Shown piece after piece: positions 63,168 to 64,000 of a stretch of 64,000 bases of DNA (the first letter of the stretch is position 1; the number at the start of each line of letters is the position of its first letter). Where the stretch lies: NCBI GenBank assembly GCA_016708585.1, contig JADJFK010000014.1, forward strand, positions 53,600 to 117,599, written 5' to 3'. A program made the translations under genes and the position numbers. A model generated the notes under the pieces. It worked only from the letters and a program-made list of their open reading frames with translations, made no database searches and was not told where the DNA came from. The DNA comes from Sulfuritalea sp. (GTDB lineage: Bacteria; Pseudomonadota; Gammaproteobacteria; Burkholderiales; Rhodocyclaceae).

Positions 63168-64000
63168 TCAGTGATCGGGTTCGAGATCGTCCTGGTCGTC
63201 GTTCTGAAGCGCTCGAAGTTCCTCGGTCAGCGCCTCGATGCTCGGCAGGACGCCCGCCATGGCGTCGGGCAGGGCGGTGCGGTAGGTGGAGACCCCCATC
63301 GGCGTATGGATGTCACGCAGTGCATACTCGACGACCGTCCCCTTCTTGCTCTTGCAGAGCACGAGGCCGATCGTTGGCGCATCGACAGTCTGGTTGCGCA
63401 CCAGCTCATCGACGGCGGCGAGGTAGAAATTGAGCTTGCCGACGTACTCGGGCCGGAAGGCGGTATTCTTGAGTTCGATCACCACGTAGCAGTGCAGGCG
63501 GGTGTGATAGAAGAGCAAGTCCATGAAGAACTCGTCGCCGTCGACCTCAAGACGGTACTGACTTCCCACAAACGCGAAACCGACGCCGAGCTCGATCAGG
63601 AAGTCTCGCAGCCGCAGCAGGAGCGCCTTTTCGATGGTGCGCTCATTGGACGAATCCGTAATCCCGAGGAAGTCGAAAGTGTACGGGTCCTTGAGGATGT
63701 CGCGAGCCAGGTCGGACTGTGGCGACGGCAGCGCACGATCGAAGTTGGTTTGCGCGGCGCCCACGCGCCGGTGAGCGGCCGTCTCGATCTGGAGTTCGAG
63801 CACCGACCGGCTCCAGCCGTTTTCGATGGTCTTGCGGATGTACCACTCGCGCGTCGGCCGGTCCTTGACCTGGTCGAGAAGAATGCAGTTGTGGAACCAC
63901 GGCACTTGTGCAGCAGCTTGCTGCACAAATTCTTCTTCAGGCCAGGCCTCGGCGAACGCCCGCATGTACTTCATGTTGCGAGGGGAAAGCCCGCGCATGT
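63168..64000 (-). CDS. DUF1016 / YhcG-family PDDEXK nuclease-like protein (N-terminus outside window)
   Basis: GLSPRNMKYMRAFAEAWP...DPYTFDFLG...GVGFAFVGSQYRLEVDGDEFFMDLLFYHTRLHCYVVIELK is typical of DUF1016. The frame runs to the window edge. Confidence 0.8.
   Translation of the reverse strand, partial: MRGLSPRNMKYMRAFAEAWPEEEFVQQAAAQVPWFHNCILLDQVKDRPTREWYIRKTIENGWSRSVLELQIETAAHRRVGAAQTNFDRALPSPQSDLARDILKDPYTFDFLGITDSSNERTIEKALLLRLRDFLIELGVGFAFVGSQYRLEVDGDEFFMDLLFYHTRLHCYVVIELKNTAFRPEYVGKLNFYLAAVDELVRNQTVDAPTIGLVLCKSKKGTVVEYALRDIHTPMGVSTYRTALPDAMAGVLPSIEALTEELRALQNDDQDDLEPDH

Noticed and set aside
62797-63174. 125-aa plus-strand ORF in the position where IncP-1 ssb would be expected
   Set aside because: It has no resemblance to SSB (no OB-fold motifs and no acidic tail). 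The region is low-GC and AT-run-rich without an SD, so it was treated as non-coding.
1-64000. Search for CRISPR arrays, tRNA/tmRNA or rRNA genes, and integron attC or attI sites
   Set aside because: By eye I saw no regularly spaced direct repeats, no tRNA-like cloverleaf sequences at the island junctions, and no rRNA-like stretches. A tRNAscan, CRISPR and Rfam scan would be needed to exclude small RNAs.

Overview
High-GC proteobacterial accessory DNA, probably betaproteobacterial in style, with three blocks. No tRNA, rRNA or CRISPR array was seen. All family assignments come from reading motifs by eye, not from searches.

**1. Prophage tail-end and lysis remnant (1-3.1 kb).** It holds a tail or host-specificity gene fragment, a DUF2793-like gene, a membrane protein, a holin, a GH24 lysozyme and a nucleoside 2-deoxyribosyltransferase-family gene.

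**2. Mosaic heavy-metal island (about 3.2-49.1 kb), almost entirely on the minus strand.**
- Small periplasmic copper proteins: CzcE-like, CopK, and a second CopK-like gene with its ligands replaced.
- An operon encoding an orphan FlgB-like protein and an HD-GYP protein.
- copG(DUF411)-cusF-cusCBA with an appended cytochrome c.
- An internally deleted IS3-family element and a solo IS end, flanking a sulfate ABC transporter (sbp-cysTWA).
- Two paralogous OMF-X-MFP-RND-Y efflux operons, each with two unassigned accessory genes.
- A Zn/Cd/Pb-type P1B ATPase coupled to two monohaem cytochromes c, followed by lspA, a DsbD N-domain gene and a second copG.
- ynfA-cadR, read from a MerR-type divergent promoter shared with the ATPase.
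- A recombinase-in-trio (RIT) element.
- A Cu/Ag-type P1B ATPase.
- A heavy-metal two-component system.

**3. IncP-1 (RP4)-type Tra2 operon (50.4-62.7 kb).** The gene order is trbA-B-C-D-E-F-G-H-I-J-K-L-M-N, with KorA and KorB operator sequences. trbG is frameshifted. The position expected for ssb-trfA is occupied by a DUF1016 gene.

**Observations most worth follow-up.**
- The FlgB-like/HD-GYP operon.
- The X and Y accessory proteins of the twin RND operons.
- The cytochrome c genes wired into metal-efflux operons.
- A roughly 255-bp inverted promoter duplication that brackets the whole metal island.
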